Made by a program: the position numbers and the translations under genes | Notes under the pieces: generated by a model | Databases searched by the model: none | What the model was told of the DNA's origin: nothing | The model's input: the letters and a program-made list of their open reading frames with translations, nothing else | Origin: a virus | Lineage: Duplodnaviria; Caudoviricetes | Virus record (IMG/VR): IMGVR_UViG_3300035683_000205 | Span: 1 to 55,694 of that record | DNA length: 55,694 nucleotides | Strand: one strand, 5' to 3' | Shown: positions 55,020 through 55,694 of the stretch, piece after piece | How positions within the stretch are numbered: the stretch's first letter is position 1 | How the letters are laid out: every line of letters begins with the position of its first letter

Positions 55020-55067
55020 GCGCCCGCCGCACCGCCTGCGCCGCGGCGCAGGCGGTGCGGCGGGCGC
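55020..55067. repeat. Perfect 48-bp palindrome
   Basis: GCGCCCGCCGCACCGCCTGCGCCG directly followed by its reverse complement. Confidence 0.9.
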
Positions 55068-55273
55068 GCAGCATTCCGGGAACGGGCGCAACACTACGTC
55101 AGGGTCTTGCGCCGAGCCGGCGGTGGACCGAACTGATGGGAACCTCCTTGGGAACTTTCTTCCGCAAGAGCTGCATAGAGTGCGTTCAGGGCGCCGCAGG
55201 GTGCCACCTGTTTTAATGAGGGTTGCGCAGGGAAAACCAGCGTGTTACAGTTGGGCGCAGAACGGCCGAGAGA

Positions 55274-55316
55274 ACTGCAAATCCTCGACCCCCGGTTCGA
55301 ATCCGGGCGGCGCCTC
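55274..55316 (+). pseudogene. att core: 3' half of tRNA-Cys(GCA)
   Basis: Anticodon loop CTGCAAA, TCCTC, T-arm CCCGG TTCGAAT CCGGG, acceptor 3' strand CGGCGCC-T; no D arm or 5' acceptor strand. Confidence 0.9.
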
Positions 55317-55337
55317 TCCAAGCAGGACGACGACTCG

Positions 55338-55370
55338 CGCGCCCCCGGGAAGCCGGGGGCGCGTCGTTTT
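55338..55370 (+). terminator. Intrinsic terminator after the tRNA fragment
   Basis: CGCGCCCCCGG gaag CCGGGGGCGCG TCGTTTT. Confidence 0.8.
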
Positions 55371-55382
55371 GGGAACGGCCAT

Positions 55383-55434
55383 GGGAACAGAGAGCGGCCC
55401 TGGGGACGGAATCCCAGGGCCGCTCTCTGTTCCC
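55383..55434. terminator. 22-bp perfect hairpin downstream of the last minus-strand gene
   Basis: GGGAACAGAGAGCGGCCCTGGG / CCCAGGGCCGCTCTCTGTTCCC. Confidence 0.6.
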
Positions 55435-55505
55435 CGGCTCGAAGAAGCCGGGGAGGGGCGAGGTTCAGGAGCGGCCGGACCCGTCGTGCTCCCGGCGCCG
55501 CTGCG

Positions 55506-55694
55506 TCACGTCGCCGGCTGGAGGGGAGCCACCTGGATGCACTTGGCATCGGTCTCCGTGCGGCAGCAGACGAAGCTGCCGTACTCCTCGCAGGTTCCGC
55601 CGCGGCTCTCCGCCAGCGCGGGTACGGCCAGGGTGGCGAGAGCGAGCAGGGCGACGCCCAGCATTGCACCGCTCAGCATCCGGGTGAGGCGCAT
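55506..55694 (-). CDS. Small secreted Cys-rich peptide
   Basis: Sec signal ending in ALA; mature part C-x7-CC-x7-C. Confidence 0.65.
   Translation of the reverse strand: MRLTRMLSGAMLGVALLALATLAVPALAESRGGTCEEYGSFVCCRTETDAKCIQVAPLQPAT

Larger units (their letters stand above)
1..55316. mobile_element. Temperate siphovirus prophage (or phage genome) targeting tRNA-Cys
   Basis: Integrase at the left end, then immunity, replication, packaging, head, tail and lysis modules in lambdoid order, with a 3' tRNA-Cys fragment at 55274-55316. The left att site is not in the window. Confidence 0.95.

Noticed and set aside
55250-55320. Intact tRNA-Cys gene
   Set aside because: The 5' acceptor strand and D arm are missing and the anticodon stem has a mismatch; it is an att fragment.

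Overview
The window is an apparently near-complete, high-GC temperate siphophage. Left to right it carries: a tyrosine integrase; an immunity region (CI-like repressor and divergent Cro/Xis-like HTH); an early operon with a RuvC-like nuclease and a lambda O-like initiator that has iterons inside the gene; a dense DNA-modification block (C5 methyltransferase, SNF2-amino-methyltransferase fusion, PAPS-reductase/DndC-like enzyme, TGT/DpdA-like protein fused to a DUF6884-like domain, Mom-like GNAT); a lambda-type cos/terminase/head module; a TP901-type tail; holin and SH3-TIGR02594-like endolysin; and an att core made of the 3' half of tRNA-Cys(GCA). The host is tentatively Gemmatimonadota (Longimicrobium-like), inferred from recalled protein families, not from a search. 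The best candidate for a new system is a TPR protein downstream of and overlapping the repressor, facing a small exported Cys-looped peptide, which resembles Rap-Phr/arbitrium-type lysis-lysogeny signalling. Second is a multi-enzyme DNA-modification set in which every enzyme carries a beta-clamp-binding-like motif. Other signals include a dispersed 15-bp stoperator-like motif, a sigma70 promoter followed by a terminator ahead of the head genes, an E3-binding domain in the tail operon, a frameshift in the endolysin, a perfect 48-bp palindrome, and arm-like repeats on both sides of the att core. All family calls come from motif recognition by eye; no searches were run.
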